Positions 37,942 to 50,444 are shown, counted from the whole stretch's first letter. The stretch is 62,930 bases of DNA, filler included, from Octopus bimaculoides (GCF_001194135.2; 5 parts of 5 records of this genome joined end to end with filler, not necessarily neighbours in it), one strand, 5' to 3'. The notes: a model not told the origin generated them from the sequence alone. A program made the numbers and translations.

Positions 37942-38499
37942 ACCCACACTTTTCTCTGCAAAATAGGGATAGTTTATCCTGTTCAGGCGGTATTTATGTA
38001 TGTATATATGTATGCATATATGTATATATATGTATGTGTGTGTTTTGTTTATGGGTATATTCTCTTAGTACCCACCACAAGTGATGGTATTTATTTCCGT
38101 ATTCATTCAGTATTTCTTAATCTTTCAACTTGAAGTCTTACTTCATTTCCTTTTTGTGTTTTATATTATTGCTTAGCTCGTTTCTTCAGTTTATAGAGCG
38201 CAGTCATTTGATAGCAGAAAGAAGACCTCTCATTGTTAAGTCAAAAGTGTAAAGAATGAAGACGAAGATCAATGTGGATCTGCCTTAGAAATCGATCATA
38301 TCTTTGATGGAATTGGTATCGTAGGATCACACGTCTTACAATGGTATTGTTATTGTGTTAACATTTATCTATTAACATCTTTTGTCTTGAATAAATAGCT
38401 GAAAAATCCGGGTTTGAATAAAGGAAAAATACAACAGAATAGATATACGGCGGTGCATCAGCATGGCCGCAGCTCTAAGCTGAAACTATAAAAAAAAAA

Positions 38500-38750
38500 A
38501 AATGTATTTCGCCCAGAGATTAGTACCAACTTGGGATAAGATAAAGACGCCGAGGACAACTGATGTCACCGAAAGAAAACAATGTAAAATATGTTTATTA
38601 TGTTTATGTATTTGTTTTGCAAGATTTTTGATGTGAACTCGTGTGTTGAAACATATTGTTATATTTGAGGAGAGTCATATTTTGCCAATTAAACACACGT
38701 ACTGTAAATTTGGTCTTCACTTCAGTTTTATTATTACTATTTTAGTTTCT
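38500..38750. repeat. Unclassified interspersed repeat shared with 62830-62930
   Basis: gtcatattttgccaattaaacacacgtactgtaaatttggt versus gtcatattgccagtttagccaataaaaacacacgcactgtatatttggt. Confidence 0.6.
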
Positions 38751-39544
38751 TTCGTCATACATCTTGTGAGCTCTTCAGAGACATGTGGGATAAAGAGAGC
38801 TGAAGCGGTCACATGACATACGACGAAAAAACTTCGACAAAGAAACTAAAATAATAATAATAAAGTTGAAGTGAAGAGCAAATATATAGTGTGTAATGAA
38901 TTGACAAAATACGACCATCTCTGGGTGTTTTCTTTTGGCAGATATACAAGTCAATGAGGGAACCGCTTGAGAAAATCTCTGTAAGGCCGCCTGTTATTAG
39001 AAATATCCGCAAAATATCACTCAAATTAAATTCACTCGTCATAAATATGGAAAAGATACATAAGATAAGATGGTCCTAGACATTATTAAAAGAATAAGAG
39101 ACATGGGTAGAATGCTTTTGGTCAGAGATCTCACTATCAATGCATAATAACCAAACCAAAATTATACATTACTGCATGTATTTTGTTAGATTTTATATAT
39201 TCTAAATTTCTGTTTTATCTTTTTTCTTACGAGCAAAATCTGACTTTCTAGTCTTAAGAATTTAATTTTACAAAATATTAACGCTTGCAATTGAGGAATT
39301 TATTAATTTTCACATAAACACCACTTTTCACCTTCCAAATGTCATTAGATGTCTTACTCCTCGATATGTATATAGTACCGGAATGCTTTTGCACTATAAA
39401 ATTTATTTTAAAATTAACTTTTTGTCCGTCCAAAGCATGCACAGGACAGACAGAAGGTTAAGAATACTAACGCTCTTATTCATCAGACCACTTACACATG
39501 TTCAGTTAACATTACATTTTTAGGTTATTATATTTACCTTTCAG

Positions 39545-39699
39545 CTTTCTTTACTTTCTGAGTTCAAATTCCACCGAGGTCGACTTTGCCTTTCATCTTT
39601 TCGGGGTCGATAAATTAAGTACCAGTTACGTACTGCGGTCGATCTAATCGACTGGCCTCTTCTCCAAACATTTTGGGTCTTGTGCCTAGAGTAGAAAAG
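39545..39699 (+). mobile_element. 5'-truncated SINE family A copy with perfect 18-bp TSD
   Basis: attatatttacctttcag at 39527-39544 and 39700-39717. Confidence 0.95.
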
Positions 39700-40199
39700 A
39701 TTATATTTACCTTTCAGTAAAGGCAGCCATATTGATCTGATATCAGCGCTGGATTTAGTGAGTCATCATCTCAAGTCATTTGTGTATTGATTCTTCGATC
39801 TTATAAAGTTTTCATTGTGGCCCTTAAACAACCACGGAAATTTGCTTTCACAGCGGTAAATTATTTCCTTCTTTGTATTATATATCTTCAGCCGTTCTCA
39901 ACTAAAATGTTTCTCATTTCATGAAGGCTTTTCGAAGTTTATTCAGACTGTTAGAAAGTCTTAGTTTCATGTTTAGAATACTTCCCCAAATTGCATAGAA
40001 TATCATACTTAGAGTTTTTAAGTTCTCATTAGTCATGGAAAGATTTATCTTTGGTGAGAAGTGTGATTTTACTTTTGAACGTAGTTCTAAGGTTGTACGT
40101 GTTGCCTATTTTCTGAATTTTCTCAGACAAACCAACCCTTGCAGTCGAGTTAGGTTTAATCGTCAATACTTTTAGCTTAAGAGTGGTTGTGGTGAGCGC

Positions 40200-40355
40200 C
40201 CAGGAATGGCTGTGAGGTAAGAACTTTGCTTCTCAACTATAGGATTCCGGGTTCAGTGCCACTGGGTGGCACCTTGGGTAAGTGTCTTCTACCATAGCCT
40301 CAGGCCGGCTAAAGACTTGTGAGTAGGCTTGGTGGAAGGAAACCGAGGGAAGCCT
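40200..40355 (+). mobile_element. SINE family B 5' half (another decayed one at 49960-50090)
   Basis: caggaatggctgtgaggtaag...ggttcagtgccactgggtggcaccttgggtaagtgtcttct. Confidence 0.8.
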
Positions 40356-40556
40356 ATCTTATATATATATATACTTCAAGCCTTCAGTTTCTTCTTGTGT
40401 TGTTCAAAAATATATTTTAAGGTTCTTCATTTCTTCTGTATAAACTGCTACATCGTTGTGTTATCCTACATTTCAAGTAATTAGGCTGATTGCTCGATCT
40501 GGGCAAGATATCTATGTAAGAAAGCCTGTTGAAAGTAGTAGCAAATCGCAAATCAC

Positions 40557-40582
40557 AACCCTAACCCTAACCCTAACCCTAA
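40557..40582. repeat. Short interstitial telomere-type repeat (CCCTAA)4
   Basis: aaccctaaccctaaccctaaccctaa. Confidence 0.9.
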
Positions 40583-40868
40583 TCCTTTCTTCAGATTCGA
40601 TCAGCTGTTTATCTTCCAAGGTCGATGATCGGTTTTGCCAATTGGTATTGTTTTTCTTTTACTTCTTTCCGAGAAGATTCTGTTTTTCAAATGTCGAGTT
40701 GTGAGACTGCACGATGGCTTCGTGTATGCGCTAATGACAATTTCGTCTTCGACATGAGATGCGGATTTACTTTGGTTCGTGAGGAACACTCGCTTCCTTA
40801 CAAAAATTATATCCATGGGAGAAAAATGAATACAGACCTTCACAAGCTAGCATCTGCTCCCATTTCTC

Positions 40869-40908
<40 letters not shown>

Positions 40909-40936
40909 NNNNNNNNNNNNNNNNNNNNNNNNNNNN

Positions 40937-40995
<59 letters not shown>

Positions 40996-41604
40996 CCCTT
41001 CTCTTTCTTTCTCTCTCACAAATACATAGATATTACCTCTCAATTATATGTTTTGTTGTCATCTCTTTCTTTAATTTGTGTGAGTCATCACGGCTTATAC
41101 CGGGAATAAAACTAACACAAAAGACTGATTATAACTCACCATGTATAAAATGCATAATAAGCAACAAAAGAAAGAAAACAATACAACAGTAGACGATCAC
41201 GCATACGAAAGTATGTACTCGAGTCTAAACATAATGATATCTAAACAAACACAAATCATAACAGCTCACAACAGATATGTTAGAGTTAGCATTTAAGTGT
41301 ACCTAACAGAAACAACCATTCGCCCACGGCAGTTCTTAAGGTTAACATTTAGTCACTTGCGAGCAGTTCAAGGTTTCATCACTAATTCATTTCGCAACCG
41401 AATTGAATGTGGGTTTTTTTGTTTTTTTTAGTAAATGATGGTCCAGTCCTAAGCTACATTTGGAGATAAATGAAATTTAGTTCATTAGTAAAAAAAAGAA
41501 AGTTAGGTCAAAATGTGTGAGGTAAAAATGTGAGAGTATATAGAAAATGGATGAGGAGAACATAAGAAAATCGATGAACATCGTGCGTCAATGTAAACAC
41601 CTGC

Positions 41605-41930
41605 AAATGACCTCGTGCTCGATAAAATAAGTACCAGATGAGCACTGGAGTTGATGTAATCGACTTACCCTTCCCCGAACTTGCTGGCCTTCTGCCAAAA
41701 TTTGTAATCGTTATTATCATCATTAAGGAGCTGGCTGAACCGTTAGCACACTGGGAAAAATGCTTAGCGGCGTTTCACTTGTCTTTACATTCTAGTTTTA
41801 AATTCCGCCGAGGTCGACTTTGCCGTTCATCCTTTCGGGGTCGATAAAATAAAATACCAGTTGAGCAATGAGGACGACGTAATACACTTGCCCCCTCCTT
41901 CAAAATTCCAGGCATTGTACCTATAGTGGA
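41605..41930 (+). mobile_element. SINE family A: partial copy followed by a near-full copy
   Basis: gataaaataagtaccagatgagcactggagttgatgtaatcgact...; then ctggctgaaccgttagc...gaggtcgactttgccgttcatcctttcggggtcgata. Confidence 0.85.
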
Positions 41931-41954
41931 AACGACTATTATTAAAATTATTGA

Positions 41955-42805
41955 GAGAGCAGTGCATGTCATCAAAGTGACACGAAGCCCAGTATATCCA
42001 CCATGACTGCCCGTCTGACTAGAATACACCAGGCATATGCATCACAACCATATGTGCGTGACATGGTAATCTCATATCAAGATAAACAGCACATCACCAT
42101 GCAGGTGGGGCCCAGTAAGAATTTTCTTCAGGTCGAGTAGCCCATCTCACTCAAATGGTCCTCGAATAAAGGTTGTTTAATGATGTTATTTAAGGATGCT
42201 TTCAGAGGTGGATTATTCAAACCCCAGAGGATTCCTCTCAACATATGGTTATGATGCTCTCCTAGTGCTTCTGCTCGTGATCAGAGATGAATATGTCGTC
42301 AGCCACCAAGGGACATGCTCAACTGGTTATGGTCAAACAAGTGACAAGCAAATCTGTGGTATTGAGCAGAATATTTACTGTAGACCATCTTTTATACCAA
42401 GCTAATACTTCCAATCAGTTAATGTACATGTTAATACTACCAATCAGTTAAGACCAGAAACCATGAGAGTCACTGCCTGGTACTACACTAGGGTATTTGC
42501 TATTATTATATAACTCTTCAATAAGTGTTCTTTAAGGATGGTGAATGAAACAATCATGTTTCCAGAGGTAAATTATTCAAACCCCAAAGAATTCCTCTCA
42601 ACACATGGCTATGATGTTCCCCACATATCATCAGCCACTAAAAGACATGCTCGACTGGTGATGGTCAAGCAACTGAAAAGCAAATCAGCAGAATGTTTGT
42701 TGTGGCCCATCTTTTACACCAAGACAAAACAAGTATATGATAACACTTCCAGTAAGTAAAGAACAGAAGCCATGAGAGCCACTGCCTGGTACTGCATCAG
42801 GACAT
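41955..42805. repeat. Non-coding (ATT)n-flanked interspersed element with an internal tandem duplication of about 300 bp
   Basis: aaggatg..ttcagaggt..attattcaaacccc..cactgcctggtact occurs at about 42190-42500 and about 42535-42805. No protein motifs. Confidence 0.65.
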
Positions 42806-42856
42806 TTTATTGTCGTCGTTGTTGTTGTTGTTGTTATTATTATTATTATTATTATT

Positions 42857-43846
42857 GTTCAGTAGTTTTATTTTTATAACGTGCTTTCACTTCACTACCG
42901 AGCGCAGCTCTGTGTGCCTTGGGCATGTGCTGTGGTTTGCTGTGATGCTCTTATGGTTACTGTATTGAAAGTGTTTTGCGTAGGATGTGTGCAGTGCCCA
43001 GTAGTGTAATTTTCTGTATGTTATATATATTTGTAAGTCCTGGTGTTTTTGTTATGTATTTGTCTGAATATTTTTTTTATTATACCTAAGGCGCCTACTA
43101 TGATAGGAATTGTTTCTGTTTTTAGACTCCACNNNNNNNNNNNNNNNNNNNNNNNNNNNNNNNNNNNNNNNNNNNNNNNNNNNNNNNNNNNNNNNNNNNN
43201 NNNNNNNNNNNNNNNNNNNNNNNNNNNNNNNNNNNNNNNNNNNNNNNNNNNNNNNNNNNNNNNNNNNNNNNNNNNNNNNNNNNNNNNNNNNNNNNNNNNN
43301 NNNNNNNNNNNNNNNNNNNNNNNNNNNNNNNNNNNNNNNNNNNNNNNNNNNNNNNNNNNNNNNNNNNNNNNNNNNNNNNNNNNNNNNNNNNNNNNNNNNN
43401 NNNNNNNNNNNNNNNNNNNNNNNNNNNNNNNNNNNNNNNNNNNNNNNNNNNNNNNNNNNNNNNNNNNNNNNNNNNNNNNNNNNNNNNNNNNNNNNNNNNN
43501 NNNNNNNNNNNNNNNNNNNNNNNNNNNNNNNNNNNNNNNNNNNNNNNNNNNNNNNNNNGTTGGCATAGCTTCCAGTGTATATAGGTCCCAGCTCTGTCGT
43601 GTCTGTGAATACATTCTTTTTTAGCCAGGACTGGGCAGCCAGAGATAATATGATTTATTGTTTCTTGTCGATCTCCACATATTCTACAGTTACTTGTTAT
43701 GTTTCTTTTCATTATACGTTTTTGGTAATTTCTGGTGGGGAGGCTTTGGTCTTGTGCAGCAATTAAAAATCCTTCAGTCTCTGCTTTGAGTCCTGAGCTT
43801 CTCAACCATTGCTGGGATTTTTCTCTGTCTATTTCTCTGTCTATTT
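42857..43846 (-). mobile_element. Dong/R4-clade non-LTR retrotransposon 3' part within (TAA)n
   Basis: WLRSSGLKAETEGFLIAAQDQSL..CRICGDRQETINHIISGCPVLAKKECIHRHD (CCHC-type knuckle) and WSLKTETIPIIVGALG..LLGTAHILRKTLSIQ*. (ATT)n on both sides. The middle lies in a gap. Confidence 0.92.
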
Positions 43847-43899
43847 ATTATAATAATAATTATTATTATAATTATAATTATTATTATCATTATTATTAA

Positions 43900-43980
<81 letters not shown>

Positions 43981-43981
43981 T

Positions 43982-44180
43982 AAGGCGGCGAGCAGGCAGA
44001 ATCGTAAGCACGTCGGGAAAAATGCTTAGCGGTATTTCGACCGTTCTAAGTTCAAATCCCACCGAGGTCGACCTTGCCTTTCGGGGTCAACAAATTAAGA
44101 TCCAATGAAGTACTGGGGTCGATGTAATAGACTAGTTTCCCCACCCCAAATCTCATGTCTTGTGCCTTTAATAGAAAGGA
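43982..44180 (+). mobile_element. SINE family A copy between (CAT/ATT)n tracts (similar copy at 60287-60450)
   Basis: aaggcggcgagcaggcagaatcg...tagaaaggattattatt. Confidence 0.9.
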
Positions 44181-44194
44181 TTATTATTATTATT

Positions 44195-44367
44195 GTTCAG
44201 TAGTTTTATTTTTATAACGTGCTTTCACTTCACTACCGAGCGCAGCTCTGTGCGCCTTGGGTATGTGCTGTGGTTTGCTGTGGTGCTCTTATGTTTACTG
44301 TATTGAAAGTGTTTTGCGTAGAATGTGTGCAGTACCCAGTAGTGCAATTTTCTGTATGTTATATATA
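44195..44367 (-). mobile_element. Second Dong/R4 3' end, sharing the SINE's (ATT)n tail
   Basis: About 7 substitutions in about 170 bp (counted by eye) versus 42857-43027. Confidence 0.9.
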
Positions 44368-44467
44368 NNNNNNNNNNNNNNNNNNNNNNNNNNNNNNNNN
44401 NNNNNNNNNNNTTAATTAATTAANNNNNNNNNNNNNNNNNNNNNNNNNNNNNNNNNNNNNNNNNNNN

Positions 44468-44509
<42 letters not shown>

Positions 44510-45370
44510 GGTGGTATGCTTATAGGTATGTTTTATTTATTTAGTTACCTTTTGTTTCCATTAATGTTATAGCACTAGTTTTATAAACCTCTAAGATTTT
44601 TCAGCAAATTATTTGCAACTGTAGCTAGTTTTCTTTCACCTTACAAAATGAGTTTTTTTTTTTGTTTCTTTTTTTAACGTCAGTAACCTTGTAAGCAGGG
44701 CATACTTACAGTTTAACATGTTTGTATTTAATTTTCCTTTAAGTTTCCATTTAAATTGTAAATTACTGAGCTAAATGGGTAGAATTAACTGGTCAAAGAT
44801 GACTGAAGATATGACCTTTTAACTTGCTGTTAAAATGCCTGATATGTGGAGAGAAAAACAAGATATCAATGTAAATATCAACAGTTGATTTTAAATGTTA
44901 CAAAAGCATGTCTTGCTAATGCACATCATCACAGTATCTATGACTACAGTATTAATATTATTCCTTGTATTTTATATTTTGGCAGTAGATCAATACAGCT
45001 ATACTTTGACACACATCTTCGTTACATAGCATGTTTATCCCATTATTTTCATATTAGGTTTAGTGTAGTAGATTTCAGTATGTACAGGAATATATGCAAC
45101 GTATACTAGCTGCCACCTTAGCTTGCTCTCTGTGTCATGTTCAAAATGTTGTATCTTGCGTTTGCACTATTTTGTTATAATATCACTGAAATTTGGGAAG
45201 AACTAAATGCATCTTTTATTCTCCATCACCATTGTGATATAAGGGGATCTTTGTACCAATATCCTTACGTAAAAATCTAGGCTTAAGGATTTTTGTAACA
45301 CTTCCTTAAGAACCTTTTCTAATATATTGCCATTTATTACAAACATATTTCCAATAATTGTACTGTAGTT

Positions 45371-45410
<40 letters not shown>

Positions 45411-45439
45411 CGTGTGTGTGTGTGTTAATAAAGCAATTA

Positions 45440-46760
45440 AGGATATGAAGGTAGGGAAAGCACTCAGTTTCTCATAAATCACTGCTGAGATGCTTAAAAT
45501 ATCTGGCAGAGTGGGATATGGCCTAGTCATCTGTATAGTTAATCAAGTTGTCCACGAGGGAATCATACCGAACGACTGGTGTAGCAGTCAACTGCTACAA
45601 AGGTAAAGATAATACCTTAGATAGATATAGTTACAGAGGTATCAAATTGCTGGATCAGGTAGTAAAAGTTACAGGGAGGGTCATAGATCAAAGAATTAGG
45701 AAGAAAGTTAACCGAGATGCGATGCAGTTTGGTTTTGTGTGATGGGGAAGCACTACTAATGTTGTCTTCCTGGTAAAACAAGTGCAAGAGAAGCATTTAG
45801 CCAGAAATAAACCTCTGTACTTGGCCTTTGATAGAGTCTCCTGCTCCCTTATCTGGTGGTCAATGTGGAAGCTAGGGACAGACAAGTGGTTGGTGAGAGC
45901 TGTACAAGCCATGTACAGGGATGCTTGCAGTAAGGTGAACGTTGGCAATCAGTATAGCAACAAATTTAGTGTACAGGTAGGAAATAACCTAGGATCAGCT
46001 CTCAGTTCTCTCTTGTTTACCATAGTCCTCCAGGCCATCACAGAAGAATCTAAGAATAGCAGCCCTATGCTGATGACCTTGTTTTTATAGCAGAATCACC
46101 ACCAGAATCAGAGGAGGTTAACAGAGAAAGTAGCCTTTGTATGTGACAGATGTGCAGGTACAAAAAACACTAAGAATGTACAGAATATAAACTTCTTCAA
46201 ATGTCCAGGTGTATCCTTAGAAGTAGTAGATAGCTTCCATTACCTAGGAAGCATAGTTGGTAGAATAAAAATGGGCTAGGCAAAATTCAGAGAGATACAA
46301 CCTTTGTTGGTAACAAAAGCCTCTCCCTCAGAGAAATGCAGATTGTATGATACCTGTCTACAAACAATTATATTACATGGCAGTGAAGCATGGGCTGTGA
46401 CTACAGAGGACATATGAAAGCTTGAAAGAAGTGAACCAGCATGCTTCTCCTGGTGGGTAATGTCAGTGTTCCTGTACAACAGAGTGTAAATGATTTAAAA
46501 GAAAATTGGGTATAAGAGGCACAGATGTAGTGTGCAAGAGATGGTCATGTGGTATGTATGTATGAGGACAGATGCATAAAGGAGTGCCAATCTCTAATTG
46601 TGGAGGGAACTTGTGGAAGGTGTAGATAAAGGACAAAGCAGTGAGAATTGATCTTCAGATGTTGAACCTTACAGAGGAGATGACAAGGAGCCAAGACTTC
46701 AGACAATTTGCTGTGCTTGAGAAGATATATCAAGCTAAGTAAAATCATGGCTGTTCATAC
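45440..46760 (+). mobile_element. Degraded RTE LINE, same family as 25858-26190
   Basis: YRGIKLLDQVVKV..DAMQFGFV; QEKHLARNKPLYLAFDRV..LIWWSMWKLG; YADDL at about 46067. Confidence 0.9.
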
Positions 46761-47274
46761 AGCCACTACCCCCTCCCAGACACATAATTTATCTTCTATC
46801 AAAACTCCCCACAACCCATTTTCCCAATACCCCTACCACCTGTTGCATGTCCCTCTCCACCTTCACTTTCTCACGTGCCTTTCTGCACACTCTCCATGCC
46901 CTCACATATCTACCACACTCCAATTTCTCTAATTATCACTTGTTGCAGTCATGTCTTCCCCAACTTTAAACATCTCCCCTTACACTCTTAAGGAGCATCC
47001 CCTTCTATCCCCTCTGTACTACTTATGATCCTCCCCCATACATCTCCCCCTCTCACCTACACATACTCTGATTGTCTTTCTATCCTTTCTCTCTAACTCT
47101 CTTTCACCTTCCTCTCCTTCTTTATCCTACTGGGGTAGCTAAATATCTCCTCTATAATAAGACAACTATCTCTGTTCCTCTGTTATACTCTAACCTCTTG
47201 CCTGGTACACAAACACTTCCCTTGGTTCCCCTCCTTTCAGCTGAGAGGTCTTTGTCTTGCAAGCTGCTTGATGA

Positions 47275-47771
47275 CTCCACTAGCACTGCTTCCATATAAA
47301 AAGCATTTGTGCTGGGGCCACATAAAAAGCACCCAGTACACTCTCTAAAGTGGTTGGTGTTAGGAAGGGTATCCAGCTGTAGAAACCATGCCAAAACAGA
47401 GAATTGGAGACTGGTGCAGCCCTCCAGCTTGCAAGCTCCTGCCAAACTGACCAATCCATGCCAGCATGGAAATAGACATTAAATGATGATGATATATAAG
47501 GATAAAATGTTTTTGATATAGTGTATAGAATAGTATAGTGGTAATAATAATAAGGTTAATCAGAAGAAATGAAGAAATTGTTCTTTAGTTTATTTATATA
47601 CAAGTACAGAGTCTTCAAACTTTCCAGTGAAATGAAATGGAATGAAACTGTTTTATTTTTATTTTATTTCCTTGGGAAATTTAAACTTTCTGTGCCTGTA
47701 CATAAATAAACTAAGGAACAATTCTGTCATTTCTTCTCACTAACCTTATTATTATCAATGTGTATGTGTGC

Positions 47772-47850
<79 letters not shown>

Positions 47851-49395
47851 AGCTCCTAATGTTGAGGAGGTGTTTTTTTAGAGATTGTGCTGTTTTTGTT
47901 TTGACTTATGTAGTTCATAGTTTTAAAATTTCCAAGTTTTGTGTCATGATAGTGTTTTACTAATTTTTTTAGGTTTTGCTTGCTTCTGATGTTTTTGCAA
48001 ATGTATTATGTGTTACACTGCACAACTACAGTAATCTGTGAAATGATTCTACCAAGCCATATGATTTAGTTTTTCAATTTACAAGGCAACCATGACATTA
48101 AAGGTTTGTCTGTATCCTGCTTATATTGCATCAACTCTTTGCAATGATTTAACAATATGGGGCAATGACAAATGACTGAGATCATTGGCAATATGCTGTG
48201 CTTTGGAAGGAAGATCCATCAGGCCGAGTGAAATCGTAGTCATGGTAGATACAGGTGTCATGCAGCTGGCACCCATGCCGGTGGCATGTAAAAGCACCCA
48301 TTATACTCCCGGAGTGGTTGGTGTTAGGAAGGGTATCCAGCTGTAGAAACCTTGCCAAATCAGACTGGAATCTGGTGCAGCCCCTCAGCTTACCAGCATG
48401 GACAACAAATACTAAATGATGATGATGATGATGATAATCATTGCTAGCATATATAAAAGAAGATTTAAGATCTCATACATTATTTCTTTTACTTTTGGAA
48501 TGGATTCGGTTCTTGTAACATTTTGTTATTTCATTGACTACTTCCAATTCTAGTCAGATCAGCACTTTTTGTATTTTTGAATTAGTAATATATATTTCAA
48601 GTTGATATTTTTGTATATGTTCCAGCATATTATCCTAAATCATTTCTAAGATGTTGTTTAGTTCCTGATCAGTCCCTGATTGCACACATCCTGCACTTAG
48701 TCATTCCAGCTGTGACCATCTCGTCTCTTTTGCAGGGTAACTAATACTACACTAGCTAGTATGTCACCTCCTTTGTTTTTTTTTTTAAAGACTGCTGCAG
48801 GTGATTTGAGAAAGATGTAGCTTTTATTTCTCCCAGAACAAACAGCCATTTTGAGCATCCATCAAAAGCTAGGCTACTAACGTGTGTATGTGTGTCTGTG
48901 TAATGCAATATATATAATATAATGCATGTGTATCATTCTTTTCATTATCACCATCATCATCATCATTATTTAATGTCCATTTTCCATGCTGGCATGGATT
49001 AGGTGGTTTGATTGGAGCTGCCCCAGGCTCCAGTCTGTTTTGGCTTGGTTTCTATAACTGGATGCCCTTCCTAATGCCAGCCACTCCACAAAGTGTATTG
49101 GGTGCCTTTTATGTATCACCGGCATGGGTACCTTCCATGTGTCACTGGCACAGGCCAATACCATGATTTCACTTAACTTGACATGTCTTCTCAAGCACAG
49201 CAATTTGTCAAAAGTTTCACTCACTTGTCATTGCCTCCATGAGTCTCAATATATAAAGGTCACATTTCAGCACCTTGTCCCACATCTTCCTGGATCTACC
49301 TCTTCCACAGATTTTTTTCACAATTAATTATTGGCAGTTCTTTATGTAGCTGTCCTTGTCCATATGCATCATATGACCATACCAGCGCAGTCTTC
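47275..49395. mobile_element. Three RTE 3'-UTR-derived repeats: 47275-47490 (+), 48170-48435 (+), 48950-49395 (-). Another at 54600-54830
   Basis: aaaagcaccca..gtggttggtgttaggaagggtatccagctgtagaaac...ttaaatgatgatgat. The same sequence follows the RTE stop codon at 56605-57135. Confidence 0.8.
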
Positions 49396-50293
49396 TTTCA
49401 CGCTTAAAACCTTGCAATAAAAAATTGGTTCTAACTTGAAAATAATGAGAAACTTAAAGAAATGTTCGTTATTGAAAGAGAATCTATATTTGAATCAAGC
49501 AAGCATGTGTTTCTTGTTTTGCATAAAGTGACATGCTTAAAGAAAAATTACTTTAATTTTTTAGTGGTGCTACTTCTTGAAGAAGTTGTCCATACCTGTT
49601 TTAAATAATTAAATGGCTGAATGGATAAACTATGGAATTATTTGCTCACCAGGAAGCAGTTTAAACCTGCTACAGGCATTTCATAGTGGTTTCTTGGCAG
49701 AGATCTTTATTCCAAATTGCTTCAGGTCACCTAGTTATTGAGAATAGGAGTGGGATAAATTGGGAATGGTATTTGTGATAGATCTATCATCCTCTCCAGG
49801 CTGAGAATTATCTCTTATCTACTTCATGTTATAAAACTGCAGATAAACATTCACTCCCAGGAGATATCTTTTGGCTTGAAGGATTTTGCATAAGACTATT
49901 TATGTATATTTATTATACTGAAATATATTTACATATTTTTAAAAAAATCTAAGCCTAAGTGCAGGCTTGGCTGTGTGGTTGAGAAGCTTGCTTTAGTTCA
50001 GTTCCACTGCACGACACCTTGGGCAAGTGTCTGCTATAGCTCATGGCCTTGTGAGTGGATTTGGTAGACAGAAACTGCAAAATAACCTGTCATATATGTT
50101 TATATATACATACGTGAATGTGTATACATATGCATACACACACACACACATATGTATGTATTTTTAAATATAAGTATATATATATATATATATNNNNNNN
50201 NNNNNNNNNNNNNNNNNNNNNNNNNNNNNNNNNNNNNTTAATTAATTAANNNNNNNNNNNNNNNNNNNNNNNNNNNNNNNNNNNNNNNNNNNN

Positions 50294-50336
<43 letters not shown>

Positions 50337-50395
50337 AAAGAGAGAAAAGGATAAAAAGACCAATGGCAGAGTTAGAAATATATTTTATGGATAAA

Positions 50396-50444
50396 GTCTT
50401 ACAGCTGTTTCAGGGAAAATCTAATGCATCCCTTCATCGGAGAC
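50396..50444 (-). ncRNA. Minimal type-I hammerhead-like motif (Penelope type) with a U4C substitution
   Basis: gtct-CCGATGA-aggga[tgcattagattt]tccct-GAAA-cagctg-TA-agac. Stem I gtct/agac, stem II aggga/tccct, palindromic stem III. Confidence 0.6.

Noticed and set aside
38545-38580. ctgatgtcaccgaaag as a hammerhead
   Set aside because: The core is incomplete and no stem II or stem III can form.
40601-41029. Overlapping ORFs on both strands as protein genes
   Set aside because: No recognisable domain and only ambiguous splice signals. Kept only as part of the CpG-island finding.
49620-49880. Possible L1 RT remnant on the minus strand (SPGSECLSAV)
   Set aside because: A single weak motif, too degraded to support a call.
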